A DNA stretch of 64,000 nt. Source: Planctomycetota bacterium. Lineage in GTDB: Bacteria; Planctomycetota; UBA8108; SXIK01. The stretch lies in NCBI GenBank assembly GCA_965223265.1, contig OZ244999.1, positions 2,208,001-2,272,000 of the forward strand. The letters run 5' to 3'. The first letter of the stretch is position 1, and every line of letters begins with the position of its first letter. The notes beneath the pieces were generated by a model. That model was given only the letters and a program-made list of their open reading frames with translations. It was not told the origin of the DNA and did not search any database. The translations under genes and the position numbers were made by a program. Below are positions 48,646 to 58,613 of the stretch, one piece after another.

Positions 48646-49749
48646 ATGCGGAACAGTCATCCTTTTGGTTGTCAGCGAATCCTCAGACGGGCGGCTGTCC
48701 TGACGGCCAGTCTCCTTTTCGTCGCCAGTTTCCGCGTTGCACCCGGCTTATATGGCCAGACGGACGCTCCAGTGCTGATTGGGCCAGGAAACACGGCACG
48801 CACGAGTGATCCCGCCGCCGTCAAGATCGTCGATCGATATCTCGACTCGATCGGTGGGCGTGAGACGCTGAGCAAGATCAAGGATCGTCGGACTGCGGTC
48901 ACCAACGTGCTCTACCAGCCTGCCGGGGAGGCCCACGCGCGGATCTCCCTGTTCATCAAGGATCACTACAACTTGCGTGAGGAGTGGGAGCTCGACTATG
49001 AGCTCATGGAGAACCAGAAACTTGCGTTTGTGCAGATCTACAACGCTGAAGAAGAGGAGGCGTGGGTCCGCGTCCTCGATCGTGTCGATCAGCTTGACGG
49101 CCGGACGTTGCATGTCTTCGTGTACGGGAAGTACATGGACGATTTTTTCAATCACTGGGAAGCGGATGGCTACACCCTAAGACTTGATGGTGAAGCCGAA
49201 GTCGACATGGGCGAGGATAGCGAGCCCATCCCTGCTGACATTGTGTTGGTGACTGACTTTGGGCGACGCCAATCGGAGCGCTACTTCTTCTCGAAGGAGA
49301 CAGGCCTACTGATCAAGAAGGAGTGGCGCGACACGACGAAAGACCCGAAGAAGCCGATCCGCCGCGAGCAGTACTACAAGCGCTACAAATCGATTCCTTT
49401 CATGGACGACTCGGGCCTGTCGATCAAGTTTGCGATGGTGCTCGAGATCTTCGGCGACGGTGATCTCGACACAGAGCGGAGATTCTCCCTCGTGCAGTTC
49501 AACTCTGGACTCAGTCAGGATCTGTTCAAGCGACCGGAAGGTAAGCCCGGTCCGCGCGTCACTGGATCAGGGCAGCGCGGCGTCCCGCCGGTCGCTCCCA
49601 AACCGGAAGGGAGCGGGACGCGAACGCGTCCGGGAGGCAAACCTGGAGGCAGTGCCACGCGCAGACCAGGAGCGTCGGCTCCGACGCCCGCCCCGGCTCC
49701 GACGCCCGCCCCGGCTCCGACGCCCGCTCCGGCTCCTTCCCAGCCGTGA
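48646..49749 (+). CDS. Exported protein, LolA-like/lipoprotein-sorting-type fold (tentative), Pro/Ala-rich tail
   Basis: Signal peptide; IVDRYLDSIGG start, YFFSKETGLLIK, VQFNSGLSQDLFKRP end. Confidence 0.6.
   Translation: MRNSHPFGCQRILRRAAVLTASLLFVASFRVAPGLYGQTDAPVLIGPGNTARTSDPAAVKIVDRYLDSIGGRETLSKIKDRRTAVTNVLYQPAGEAHARISLFIKDHYNLREEWELDYELMENQKLAFVQIYNAEEEEAWVRVLDRVDQLDGRTLHVFVYGKYMDDFFNHWEADGYTLRLDGEAEVDMGEDSEPIPADIVLVTDFGRRQSERYFFSKETGLLIKKEWRDTTKDPKKPIRREQYYKRYKSIPFMDDSGLSIKFAMVLEIFGDGDLDTERRFSLVQFNSGLSQDLFKRPEGKPGPRVTGSGQRGVPPVAPKPEGSGTRTRPGGKPGGSATRRPGASAPTPAPAPTPAPAPTPAPAPSQP
49678..49735 (+). repeat. 18-bp tandem repeat (about 3 copies) encoding (APTPAP)n
   Basis: GCTCCGACGCCCGCCCCG repeated. 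Confidence 0.85.
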
Positions 49750-49859
49750 CCATTTTTGGTGCGACTTCACAGCGTCTGGCCGGTGTCTGAAGGTTGGACA
49801 CTCCTGCGCGCGCTCGCGGTTTTCATCGCTTGTGCTAGTCGTAAGTCCGGCATCTATAG

Positions 49860-50080
49860 CGCTCTGGCGATGAGCCGCGCCTTGCTGCTGGGCGCCCACC
49901 GACGCGGACTGTGTGGTTGGCGCGGCCATTGCAATTCGTTCGGGCGAGTCGAACGACGTGGGGCAGTTGCCTGAGTGATCAGCCCCGAACAACGACCCCT
50001 CCTCCGAAGTCCCCACGTCCGATTTCTGCTCTCCCACCGCGCCCCGGGTACCCTCCTCCCACACCTGGGGCTTTTTTTTT
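49860..50080 (+). ncRNA. Candidate small RNA with CCUCCUCC (anti-SD) loops
   Basis: Stems GCCGCGCC/GGCGCGGC, TCGTTCG/CGAACGA, GACGTGGGG/CCCCACGTC and a terminator; CCCTCCTCC twice in unpaired positions; 5' end uncertain. Confidence 0.4.
50041..50080 (+). terminator. Rho-independent terminator
   Basis: GCCCCGGGT...ACCTGGGGC followed by T9. Confidence 0.75.
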
Positions 50081-50119
50081 GCCTTCAACCGATTGCGCTA
50101 GCGCCAGGCTGAGCGTGAC

Positions 50120-51211
50120 TCACCCGGCGCAACTGCTTCTCCGCGTCGCCAAGCTGAGCTGTCCGCACGCGCCTTGAATGTCTTCGCCCCGGCTGCGGCG
50201 GATCGTCACGCTCCCACGAAATTCCGCCTCGATCAGCCAGCGGCGAAACTGAGTGACGCGACTCAACTCTGGTTTTTCGTAGGGCGCTTGCGGGAATGGG
50301 TTCATGCCGATGAGGTTGATATTGCCGGCACTGCGCCGCAGGAGGCGGGCTAAGTCTCGTGCCATCGCATGCGAATCATTGACGCCCGGGAGCACGATGT
50401 ACTCGAACGTCGGCCGCCGGCCTGTGGCAGCGGCATGATCGGCCACGGCAGCGAGAACGTCGCCAATGGGGTGGCTCTGGTTGAGGGGGATGAGCTTGGT
50501 GCGCAGTTCATCGGTCGGGGCGTGTAGCGAGAGTGCTACGTTCACCTGTGGGAAACGTTCACCCAGCGCGCGGATTCGTTCAGGAACACCTACCGTTGAC
50601 ACCGTGATGCGCCGTGCGCCGATGGCGACCAGGTCGCGATGAGTCAGGATCTCGAGGGATGCCGCAACCGCGCCAAAGTTGAGCAGCGGCTCGCCCATGC
50701 CCATGTACACGACGTTGGTTTCCTGAGCGCCGGTAGCTCTACGCATCAAGAGAACCTGATCGACGATCTCTCCGGCGGAGAGTTGACCGCTGAAGCCGCC
50801 ATACCCAGTGGCGCAGAACGTGCACTTCACGGGGCAGCCTGCCTGGCTCGAGATGCAGTAGGTCGTTCGATCGCCGTCCGGAATGACGACGCTTTCGATG
50901 GTAGCGCCGGAGGCTTGCCGCCAAAGGAACTTTTTCGTACCGTCGCGCGACTCCAAGGCGGAACGACTTTCGAGAGGATGTAGGACGAACCGGTCGGTCA
51001 AACGCGTTCGCAGTGTCTTCGGCAGATTCAACATAGCCGCGAAATCGGCCGGTGGTCGCCGATAGACCCACTCCGTAATCTGCCGTTCTCGGTAGGCTGG
51101 TTCGCCACACTCTGCCAGAAATGTCTGCAGCTGCTCGGAAAGAGCCGCGGCCGAAAGATCCAGCAGGGTAATCTGTTGGTGGCGAGGCGTTGGCGGCGTG
51201 AGCTCACTCAT
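50120..51211 (-). CDS. rlmN: 23S rRNA/tRNA m2A methyltransferase RlmN (radical SAM)
   Basis: DGTKKFL, CISSQAGCPVKCTFCATG, MGMGEPL, SLHAP, RGEDIQGACGQL. Confidence 0.93.
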   Translation of the reverse strand: MSELTPPTPRHQQITLLDLSAAALSEQLQTFLAECGEPAYRERQITEWVYRRPPADFAAMLNLPKTLRTRLTDRFVLHPLESRSALESRDGTKKFLWRQASGATIESVVIPDGDRTTYCISSQAGCPVKCTFCATGYGGFSGQLSAGEIVDQVLLMRRATGAQETNVVYMGMGEPLLNFGAVAASLEILTHRDLVAIGARRITVSTVGVPERIRALGERFPQVNVALSLHAPTDELRTKLIPLNQSHPIGDVLAAVADHAAATGRRPTFEYIVLPGVNDSHAMARDLARLLRRSAGNINLIGMNPFPQAPYEKPELSRVTQFRRWLIEAEFRGSVTIRRSRGEDIQGACGQLSLATRRSSCAG

Positions 51212-51253
51212 GGTGGGGGCGGGGCGTGCTTGCTCTTGTGTGCTCGAGGTGAG

Positions 51254-51385
51254 CAGTCTGTTGAGAAAGTGCTTCGCGCCGAGACCTGGTCTCTTCGCGT
51301 CCAGATCGGCCGCGACGAACGTTGGTGATCTCCGTGCTGATTGAAGATCCCAGTTTCTCGGTCGAATGATTTTTTCAACGGTTTG
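51254..51385. repeat. MITE family 1, diverged copy D
   Basis: CAGTCTGTTGAGAAAGTGCTTCG...TCTTCGCGTCCAGATCGG...GAATGATTTTTTCAACGG. Confidence 0.75.
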
Positions 51386-51407
51386 TGTTGAGTTAAACAG
51401 CTATAGA

Positions 51408-52157
51408 TCACATCCGGGGCCGCGCTGGCTGGACCTTTCTGAGTACCTCGATGGCTTCACCTGGCTGCAGATAGTAAGGGCGACCATCGATGTGCCACGT
51501 TTTCGCCAGAGAATCGAATTCCAGCGTGGCGAGGCCGACTTGAATCGTTTCTCGAACGATGTGTCGGCGCTGAAAGCGCGATCGTGAACGTCGCGTTTCC
51601 GTTCCGGCGACGGCTCTGCCGACCTCTTCTTCAACGTAGTAGTAGTGGACTGACGGAATCCAACTCAGCTCCGTTCGAACGACGATTTCTTGGCCGCGAA
51701 ACAGAAAACGGAAGTCGCCGCGACCCTGTTTGAAAACGAACAGGCGAGCGCGAGGCTGGCGAGAGTACTGGTGGGTCCCGACCCACCAGCGGGCGTGACT
51801 GAGCGTTACCTGGTGAATGTCGCCGACGGAATAGAGCTCTTCGCCGCCGCGGAGGCGGGGCGTCACAACGGGCATCTGCAGCGTGTCGGACGACCATGGT
51901 AGAAGATGCTCACGATCGAGTTCCGCATGCATCTCAAACGCGATACTCGTTCCGTGGTAGGAGCCAGCATCGACGATATGCGCGCCAGAAGGAAGTTGAA
52001 TGAACTGAAAGAGCGGCGGCAGAGAAGCTTCGGGCTGCGTCACGCACGCGAGAGAGAGACAGCACGCCGCGGTGAGAACCGTTGTCGTCAGGCGCACAGC
52101 GATGGGGACGTCGACGGCGTTCATTCGGTGGCGGCGTGGTGGCGAGGCGAGACTCAT
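51408..52157 (-). CDS. Hypothetical lipoprotein
   Basis: Lipobox-like LSLAC; no recognised domain; start may be a downstream Met. Confidence 0.55.
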   Translation of the reverse strand: MSLASPPRRHRMNAVDVPIAVRLTTTVLTAACCLSLACVTQPEASLPPLFQFIQLPSGAHIVDAGSYHGTSIAFEMHAELDREHLLPWSSDTLQMPVVTPRLRGGEELYSVGDIHQVTLSHARWWVGTHQYSRQPRARLFVFKQGRGDFRFLFRGQEIVVRTELSWIPSVHYYYVEEEVGRAVAGTETRRSRSRFQRRHIVRETIQVGLATLEFDSLAKTWHIDGRPYYLQPGEAIEVLRKVQPARPRM

Positions 52158-52419
52158 TCTCTAAGATCCTTGTACCGTCGCAAGAGGGTCGTTGCGGGTC
52201 GAACGTGCGTTATAGCACGGTTCCTTGATTGTGGCTGGTCCGACCGAAAAGTCCACCCTCGCTACGTCCCTCGGTGGCGAGCTACGTCGCTTCCGCGCTT
52301 CCATTTGCCATTCGTCCGAATCGTGGTATGCCAACTGTAGTCGAGCTCCCGCGAGCTCGGCGAGACCGCCATCGGATCACTTTTCACTCCGCTTTCACGG
52401 GATCACTTGGAGGTCGACG

Positions 52420-53739
52420 ATGGATTCCATCTCGGGAGGCGTTCCGCTGCACTCGGCTGAACACGAGTCGCGCTCCCCGGCGCTGGACGCGGCAGACTCT
52501 CACGAATCGATCGCCGGCGCGGAGTCACGCGGCCTCATGCCCGGGAGTGAAGACCCCGAAAAGGTGATCGCGTTTCTAAGGCTGCATCTTGCCACTCTCT
52601 ACACAGTCGGCTTGGGAGTCGGTATCCTCCGCGCTGTCGGCGGAGGTGTCGAGGCGCTTTTCAGCCACACCCCCGAGTCGCTTTGCGATTGTGCCGACAT
52701 TCCGATCGCGACGGCGCGGCGGATTCTCTCCGCCCGTGTCGCCGGTGCTGCGACGAAGGAATACGAGCGTGCCCGCCGCGAGGGTGTCGCAATCCTCTGT
52801 GCGCCGCGATGGAGCTTGCCTCCCCTGCGCGACGAGCACGAACAGCCCGTCGTTTTGTTTGCACGCGGTGATTGGCGCCGCGTGGCGCAGCGACACGCCC
52901 ACCTTCGAGGCGGTTCCTGGCCAACGGTCGGGGTGGTGGGTTCTCGCGAACCGTCTCCGTATGCGCTGCGGAGTGCTCAGCGTTTCACGAGTTTCCTGGC
53001 AAGGCATGGCGTCGTCATTGTCAGCGGGCTCGCGCGTGGCATCGATCGGCAGGCTCACGCTGCTTGCGTCGAAAGTGGTGGATGCACGATCGCTGTCCTC
53101 GGTTCCGGGCTGGGTCGCGTCTACCCAGCCGAGAACCAGCCGCTCGCTCGCCGCATTGAAGACGATAGCGCGGGGGTGATCGTGACTCCGTTTCTCTTCA
53201 CAGCGCCGCCACGTGGGTTTCACTTTCCGCTGCGGAACGCCGTTATCAGCGCCCTCTCGACGCTCGTTTTCGTCGTCGAGGCCGGCGAGAGAAGCGGCAG
53301 CCTCATCACCGCAGACCACGCGCTGCGCCAGGGGAAGCCTATCTACACCCTGCCGAACCGTGTCGACGATCGACGTGCGGCCGGTTCGCTGCGGCTGCTA
53401 CAGGACGGCGCCGCAGTTGCGCTGGCGCCGTCAGATTTGGTCTCCGCTCTTCTCTTAGAGGAGGGAGGTCGCGTCTCTGATGGAGCTCGATTTCGTCTCG
53501 TGGGCGCGGTAACACGTGGCGGCGACTCGTCCGAAGATCGCGTCGGGCTAGGAATTAGAATCGACGGGCCGTTTGGCGCACAGTTGCGTCTCCTTTTTCG
53601 CGACGAGGAGGCCTGGACGTGCGACGCTCTGGCCACACGACTTGGCGTTCAGGGAGGCGAACTCTTGGCGGAACTGGGTCGGCTCGAAATGCAGGGAATC
53701 CTCAGACGCGCGCCCGACGGAGCCTACGTCTTGGCGTAA
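52420..53739 (+). CDS. dprA: DNA-processing protein DprA
   Basis: VVGSR, IVSGLARGID..AH, VLGSG..VYP.EN, FPLRN, VVEAGERSGSLITA, C-terminal winged helix; start uncertain. Confidence 0.92.
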   Translation: MDSISGGVPLHSAEHESRSPALDAADSHESIAGAESRGLMPGSEDPEKVIAFLRLHLATLYTVGLGVGILRAVGGGVEALFSHTPESLCDCADIPIATARRILSARVAGAATKEYERARREGVAILCAPRWSLPPLRDEHEQPVVLFARGDWRRVAQRHAHLRGGSWPTVGVVGSREPSPYALRSAQRFTSFLARHGVVIVSGLARGIDRQAHAACVESGGCTIAVLGSGLGRVYPAENQPLARRIEDDSAGVIVTPFLFTAPPRGFHFPLRNAVISALSTLVFVVEAGERSGSLITADHALRQGKPIYTLPNRVDDRRAAGSLRLLQDGAAVALAPSDLVSALLLEEGGRVSDGARFRLVGAVTRGGDSSEDRVGLGIRIDGPFGAQLRLLFRDEEAWTCDALATRLGVQGGELLAELGRLEMQGILRRAPDGAYVLA

Positions 53740-54104
53740 CTCGCATGAGCGACCGACGATTTTGGACGTGCGGACACCGCCCATCGAGAGGCCGATCGAA
53801 CCTTCGGACGGGTTTCTGAGCCCTGCCTGCCAAAGATCGATGCAGCTGTAGGGCGGAGATGGGGATTATCGCGTGGGCGCCAGTTCCTTCCTCACATCTC
53901 GGAATCGGGCGAAGACATGCGGTTCCCGTAAGGTTCGGACATTTAGCTCTGCTCGGCGACAGGGACGTGGACCAAATGCGCGAAGTATAAGGGGTTCGAT
54001 CTCGAGTTGTGAGAGCGACGTTCTCGGCACGCGCGGTGGGCGCGCGAAACTGTCTCGACATCGTATTCTTCTTTGTCCAATCGAGAACTGCGGCTCTCCA
54101 TGTC

Positions 54105-54358
54105 CTCGAGTTTGGCCATTTCGCGCCGGCCTGGCCGGACGAGTTTCGCGGGAATTCAACGGCCCTTTCGACTTTTTCGTACCCTGAGAACCCTTGTGCA
54201 TGTTCAAAAACTCCTGTCCGGCCCTTCGGGGAACGCCAGGAGCGCCGATGCCTGCGCCCGTCCTCCGCCACGACCCGAGCGGGATCGCGCCCGAGTCGCG
54301 CCTTGGCCTCGACGCTCCTTGGCGCTGGCAGGCTCGACGCGAAATGGCCAAACTCGAG
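54105..54358. repeat. MITE family 2, intact copy (254 bp)
   Basis: Perfect 21-bp IRs CTCGAGTTTGGCCATTTCGCG / CGCGAAATGGCCAAACTCGAG; no credible ORF. Confidence 0.88.
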
Positions 54359-54362
54359 CTAG

Positions 54363-54446
54363 CAGTCCGTTGAAAAAGTGCTTCGAGCTGAAAACTGGGC
54401 GCAAAGAGGCCAGTTTCTCAGCCGAATGACTTTTTCAGGCGGGCTG
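54363..54446. repeat. MITE family 1, internally deleted copy E
   Basis: CTAG-CAGTCCGTTGAAAAAGTGCTTCGAG...GAATGACTTTTTCAGGCGGGCTG. Confidence 0.8.
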
Positions 54447-54606
54447 GCTGGGCGATCAGGCAGCTTGGAAAGGTGTCGGGGCTTCTTGTCTTGGTTCAAC
54501 GGGCACTCACGTTGCCGAGAATGTCGACGAAGTCAAGCTGGGCGGGAAGCGGTAGACCTCAACTTCGGAAAGATTTTTTCGGGCAGGTTGATAGCCCACG
54601 AAACTG

Positions 54607-57600
54607 ATGACCTTACAGGTGGCTACACCGAACGCTACTAGCACCAGTCTCGCGGAACGCTATCGCATTGTCCGTGAACTCGGACGAGGTGGTATGGGTA
54701 GCGTGTACCTCGTCGAGGATCTGCGCGTTGGACGGCTGGTCGCGCTGAAGCAGATGCGACCTTCCGTCGGTGGCGGCGCTCGCATACTGCAGAAGGAGTT
54801 TCGTGCCCTCGCGACGCTCCGTCACCCTGGTTTGGCTCGAGTGTATGACTTCGGGGTCGACGACAAGACTCAGGACGTTTTTTTTACGTCGGAGTTCGTC
54901 GACGGTAAAGACGTTGTCAGCGTCTGCAAACCATTGGATCTGTCGCGTCAAGAGAGCTTGGTAGAATTCCTCGATGTGATCGCCCAGATTCTTCGCGGAC
55001 TTGAGTTCGTTCATTCGCGTGGGCTTGTGCACGGCGACCTTAAGCCTGCGAACATTCTTGTTGCCCGAACATCGAACGAGAGCTTCCTCAGCAAGCTGAT
55101 CGATTTTGGATTGATCAGTCGTGAGAAAGACTTCGGCGGCCGACGCCTCGTCGGCACCGCGTACTACATCGCACCTGAGCGAATCCTGGGGGCGCAGATC
55201 GACCGCCGGAGCGACCTCTATTCTTTCGGCGCGTTACTCTATCGTCTGGTGACTGGTCGCGTGCCGTTCCCTAGTAAGTCGAAGTTGGCAGTATTGAAAG
55301 GGCACATGGAAGGTGTCCCCTTGATGCCGGTGGACCTCGTGCCCACGATTCCGCGCAAGGTCAGCGACATCATCATGAAGCTGCTTCGCAAACAGCCAGC
55401 GCAGCGGTTCGCTAGTTGTCTCGAGATCATTGAAGCGCTGAATGACGCCTACCAGCTCTCCATGCCTCTCGAGACGGAGGAGACGACGGCGAGCTATGTT
55501 GATAGTCCGAAATTCGAGGCGCGCGATCGCCACATGAGGACCTGCTACGAATACTTCCTCTCGGCGTGCAATACCGAGGTCGCGCGTGACGAGAAGGAGG
55601 ACATGGAGTTGACTCTCTTCGCGTCGTCGCGCGATGACGAGCTTGGCTCCGCGGGGAGAAGCGCGTTCCCTTGCGGCCGCATGGTGATCCTCAGAGGTGA
55701 GTACAATCTGCAGAGTATGTCGTTTCTCGACGAGCTCAAGAGCCTCGTCGAAACGAGTCATGCACGGTTCGTAGCCATCGATTGTGGGCAGGAAGAGCAC
55801 GGTAGCCAGGGAGACTTTCTGCATCTCGTCCGTGAGCTCGCATTCATCGACAAGAACCTCATAGAGGAAGGGTTGTTGGAACAAGCCGAAGCACTCTGTG
55901 CATCGGGCGAGTTGCAACCCAACGGTGCGCTCCTCAAGATGTTGATCTACGGATTGCTTCAGCGCACGAAGAGCGAGCCGTGCGTCCTCTACTTCGAAAA
56001 CCTTCACGCCGCGGGCGAGATGTGTCTGCTGTTTCTCGACTATCTGATGGGCGTTCAAACGCGAAGCGAAGTCGACGGTAGCAGGCTCTTCACCGTCGGG
56101 GTGTTCGACGACGATGCCTTCGATGAGTCCGGAAGACTTGGAGAACTGCTCCATGGGGCCGAGTGGTCGGGGCAGTTTTTGGATGTATGGCTCGAACGCC
56201 TGAAGCAGCCGGAAGTGGTCCGAATGTTGAACTCAACGTTCGTTGGTCACGATTTTCCAGACAGTTTCGTCGGTTCCCTGACCGAAACGAGCGACGGTCA
56301 GCCGGAGATCATCGTGCAGATTTGCCGCCAGTACCTGAAGGAGGGAATGATTCGGCGAGCTCCGAACGGTTGGACGTTGGACGACAACTTCCACCAGGTC
56401 GAATTGCCACATCATGTTCGGACGACATTGAAGAAGACGATTGCGGCGCTGCCTCCGGACGCACTCAAGCTCGCCATTGGTATGGCTTTTCTCGGTGGCC
56501 GTCCCGACACCCAACTGGCGGCGAAGTTCTCGCGATTGAAGACGTCTCGAGCCGAAGAGTGCATTGACTTGCTACGAGAACGGAAGATTCTTCGTCGTGA
56601 TGGCACGGGGTATGCCTTCAAGTATCGCAGCGCTGGAAGAATCCTCTACGATCTGGTGCCAGAGCAGCAACGTCAATCTTTTCACGAGCGTGCCGGTGTC
56701 CTCTGCGAGGAGTACTGCAAACTACGAGGGGAGGCGAATCACCCCCTGATCGCGAGACACTTCATTCTCGCAGGGAATGTCGACAAAGGAGTCAATTATG
56801 GGCGTATGGCCGCGCGCGACCACGAAGAGCGCAAGCGGCTGCGTCAGGCGCTTTCGACGTATGTCGAAGTCGTCTCCCTCGCTCGTCGTGGACCGCGTGA
56901 GGACTATCTCCGGGCGCTTCACGAACTCGTCCGCGTCCGGCTTAGCGTTGGTGAGTACCCGCAAGCCTACGAGGAGCTATCCGAGCTGGTCATCGAAGCA
57001 TCGAATACGACGACCCCCAGCCGCGCAGAGGTCCTGATCGACCTCGGAAGGGTGAACGTCGGACTCGGGGACATGCGAGGGGCTGAGTCGTACATCGACG
57101 AGGCGGTTCATCTTCTCGCGGGTGCCGACGACGGGACTCTCCGGGCAGACGCATACACCGTACGCGCCCGTATTCGGTTGATTCAGGGACGGTTCGAAGA
57201 AGGCATTCGAGACTGCGAGTTGGCACTTCGAGTTGAGAAGCCGCGGAAGAAACTGGATTGCGCGTTGGCCGACGCACAAAACGCACTCGCCGACTGCAAC
57301 TTCGCACGTGGGGATCGTCTCGCTGCGATCAACGCTTGCGTGCGTGCATTGACAATTCTCGACGACGAGCGACGCCCTGAGCTTGTTGACGAAATTCTTT
57401 TCACTCTTGGAAAGCTCTACAAGTTCAAAGACAAGTTCTCCATGGCGCGTCACGAGTTTCGGGTTTGTGCGCGCCTTCGTGGTGGCATGGGAGCAGTGGC
57501 CGCTCAGGCCGAGGCACTGAGCGAGCTCGGAGGTATCGAGCTCTTCCTCGGCAAGACGCGTCGTGCGACTGCGTTCCTCGCTCATGCGGTCGAGCTTTAC

Positions 57601-58512
57601 GATCGGACCGGCAACTCCCTGGCGAAAGTCAAATCGCTCAACTTGCTGGCAGAAGGGCATCGCCTGCTCGGCGAGTACGACGATGCGACCAACGCAGTTG
57701 AGAGCGCCTTAGCCATCGCGAAAGACAATGACAATCAGTTTAGCGCATCGGAGGGACTGTTCGTTCTGAGCAAGATCGCCCTCGACACCGGCGCAATCGA
57801 TCGCGCCAAGGAATACCTCTCGATCGCCTACGAGGAAGAGCCGACGGAGAACCCTCGTGCGCTGGTGAAACTGCTGGGATTTCGCTCGCGCATTGCCGCG
57901 GAGGTCGGAGATCTCATGAGCCTCGCGAGCTTCGCCAATCGCGGTCTCGAGGTGAGCGACTCGTATCGACTCGCGTTCTACTCGGCAAGGTTCCTAGCCA
58001 CACTTTCAGAGCTGCATCTTCGCCTTGGCAATATCGACGATGCAGAGCGAACGGTCGCGCGCTTGAGGGAAGAGTCGCTGCGCTGCAGCTCGCCGATCTT
58101 CACGGCGCGTGGTCTGCTTGCTGAGGCGACGCTGTTCGCAGCGCAGAAGAGTACTCGGCGCGCGGCTACATATTTCCGGCGCGCCGAGAGGATTTTCGAC
58201 CAGGAGGGCAGTGAAAGAGACCTCTTACAGCTCTACTACGCGTTCGGACTCTTTTGCACAGAGCAGCGCGAGTTTGAGCAGGCTTTCGTCTGTTTCGAGG
58301 AGGGTGGGTACCTTTCGAAGAAACTGAAGCTGAACTACTGGCGCGCTCAGTTCAGCTACGCCAAGGGAAAGTTCGAGTGTGCATCACCCGAGGGGATTCA
58401 AACGCGGGCGCTGCGTTTCTTCCAAGAGGCTCAGCGTATCGCGTCCGAATCAGGCTACGCAGGCGTACTGTCTCTTGTGCGGAAGTCGCTCGTCGCGTCG
58501 GGGCGGCCGTGA
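54607..58512 (+). CDS. Hanks-type Ser/Thr kinase + degenerate AAA/STAND-like domain + TPR repeats
   Basis: LGRGGMGSVY, VALK, HGDLKPAN, DFG, GTAYYIAPE; middle domain lacks Walker A GKS/T; long C-terminal TPR array. Confidence 0.85.
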   Translation: MTLQVATPNATSTSLAERYRIVRELGRGGMGSVYLVEDLRVGRLVALKQMRPSVGGGARILQKEFRALATLRHPGLARVYDFGVDDKTQDVFFTSEFVDGKDVVSVCKPLDLSRQESLVEFLDVIAQILRGLEFVHSRGLVHGDLKPANILVARTSNESFLSKLIDFGLISREKDFGGRRLVGTAYYIAPERILGAQIDRRSDLYSFGALLYRLVTGRVPFPSKSKLAVLKGHMEGVPLMPVDLVPTIPRKVSDIIMKLLRKQPAQRFASCLEIIEALNDAYQLSMPLETEETTASYVDSPKFEARDRHMRTCYEYFLSACNTEVARDEKEDMELTLFASSRDDELGSAGRSAFPCGRMVILRGEYNLQSMSFLDELKSLVETSHARFVAIDCGQEEHGSQGDFLHLVRELAFIDKNLIEEGLLEQAEALCASGELQPNGALLKMLIYGLLQRTKSEPCVLYFENLHAAGEMCLLFLDYLMGVQTRSEVDGSRLFTVGVFDDDAFDESGRLGELLHGAEWSGQFLDVWLERLKQPEVVRMLNSTFVGHDFPDSFVGSLTETSDGQPEIIVQICRQYLKEGMIRRAPNGWTLDDNFHQVELPHHVRTTLKKTIAALPPDALKLAIGMAFLGGRPDTQLAAKFSRLKTSRAEECIDLLRERKILRRDGTGYAFKYRSAGRILYDLVPEQQRQSFHERAGVLCEEYCKLRGEANHPLIARHFILAGNVDKGVNYGRMAARDHEERKRLRQALSTYVEVVSLARRGPREDYLRALHELVRVRLSVGEYPQAYEELSELVIEASNTTTPSRAEVLIDLGRVNVGLGDMRGAESYIDEAVHLLAGADDGTLRADAYTVRARIRLIQGRFEEGIRDCELALRVEKPRKKLDCALADAQNALADCNFARGDRLAAINACVRALTILDDERRPELVDEILFTLGKLYKFKDKFSMARHEFRVCARLRGGMGAVAAQAEALSELGGIELFLGKTRRATAFLAHAVELYDRTGNSLAKVKSLNLLAEGHRLLGEYDDATNAVESALAIAKDNDNQFSASEGLFVLSKIALDTGAIDRAKEYLSIAYEEEPTENPRALVKLLGFRSRIAAEVGDLMSLASFANRGLEVSDSYRLAFYSARFLATLSELHLRLGNIDDAERTVARLREESLRCSSPIFTARGLLAEATLFAAQKSTRRAATYFRRAERIFDQEGSERDLLQLYYAFGLFCTEQREFEQAFVCFEEGGYLSKKLKLNYWRAQFSYAKGKFECASPEGIQTRALRFFQEAQRIASESGYAGVLSLVRKSLVASGRP

Positions 58513-58613
58513 GCTTCGATTTGGCTCGCCCTTGCTCAGGGTGCACGGTAGAATCCCGCTTTCGAGTTTCGCCTCTTCACTGGTCTTGTTAGCGGAGCAC
58601 CTGAAAAACTTCC

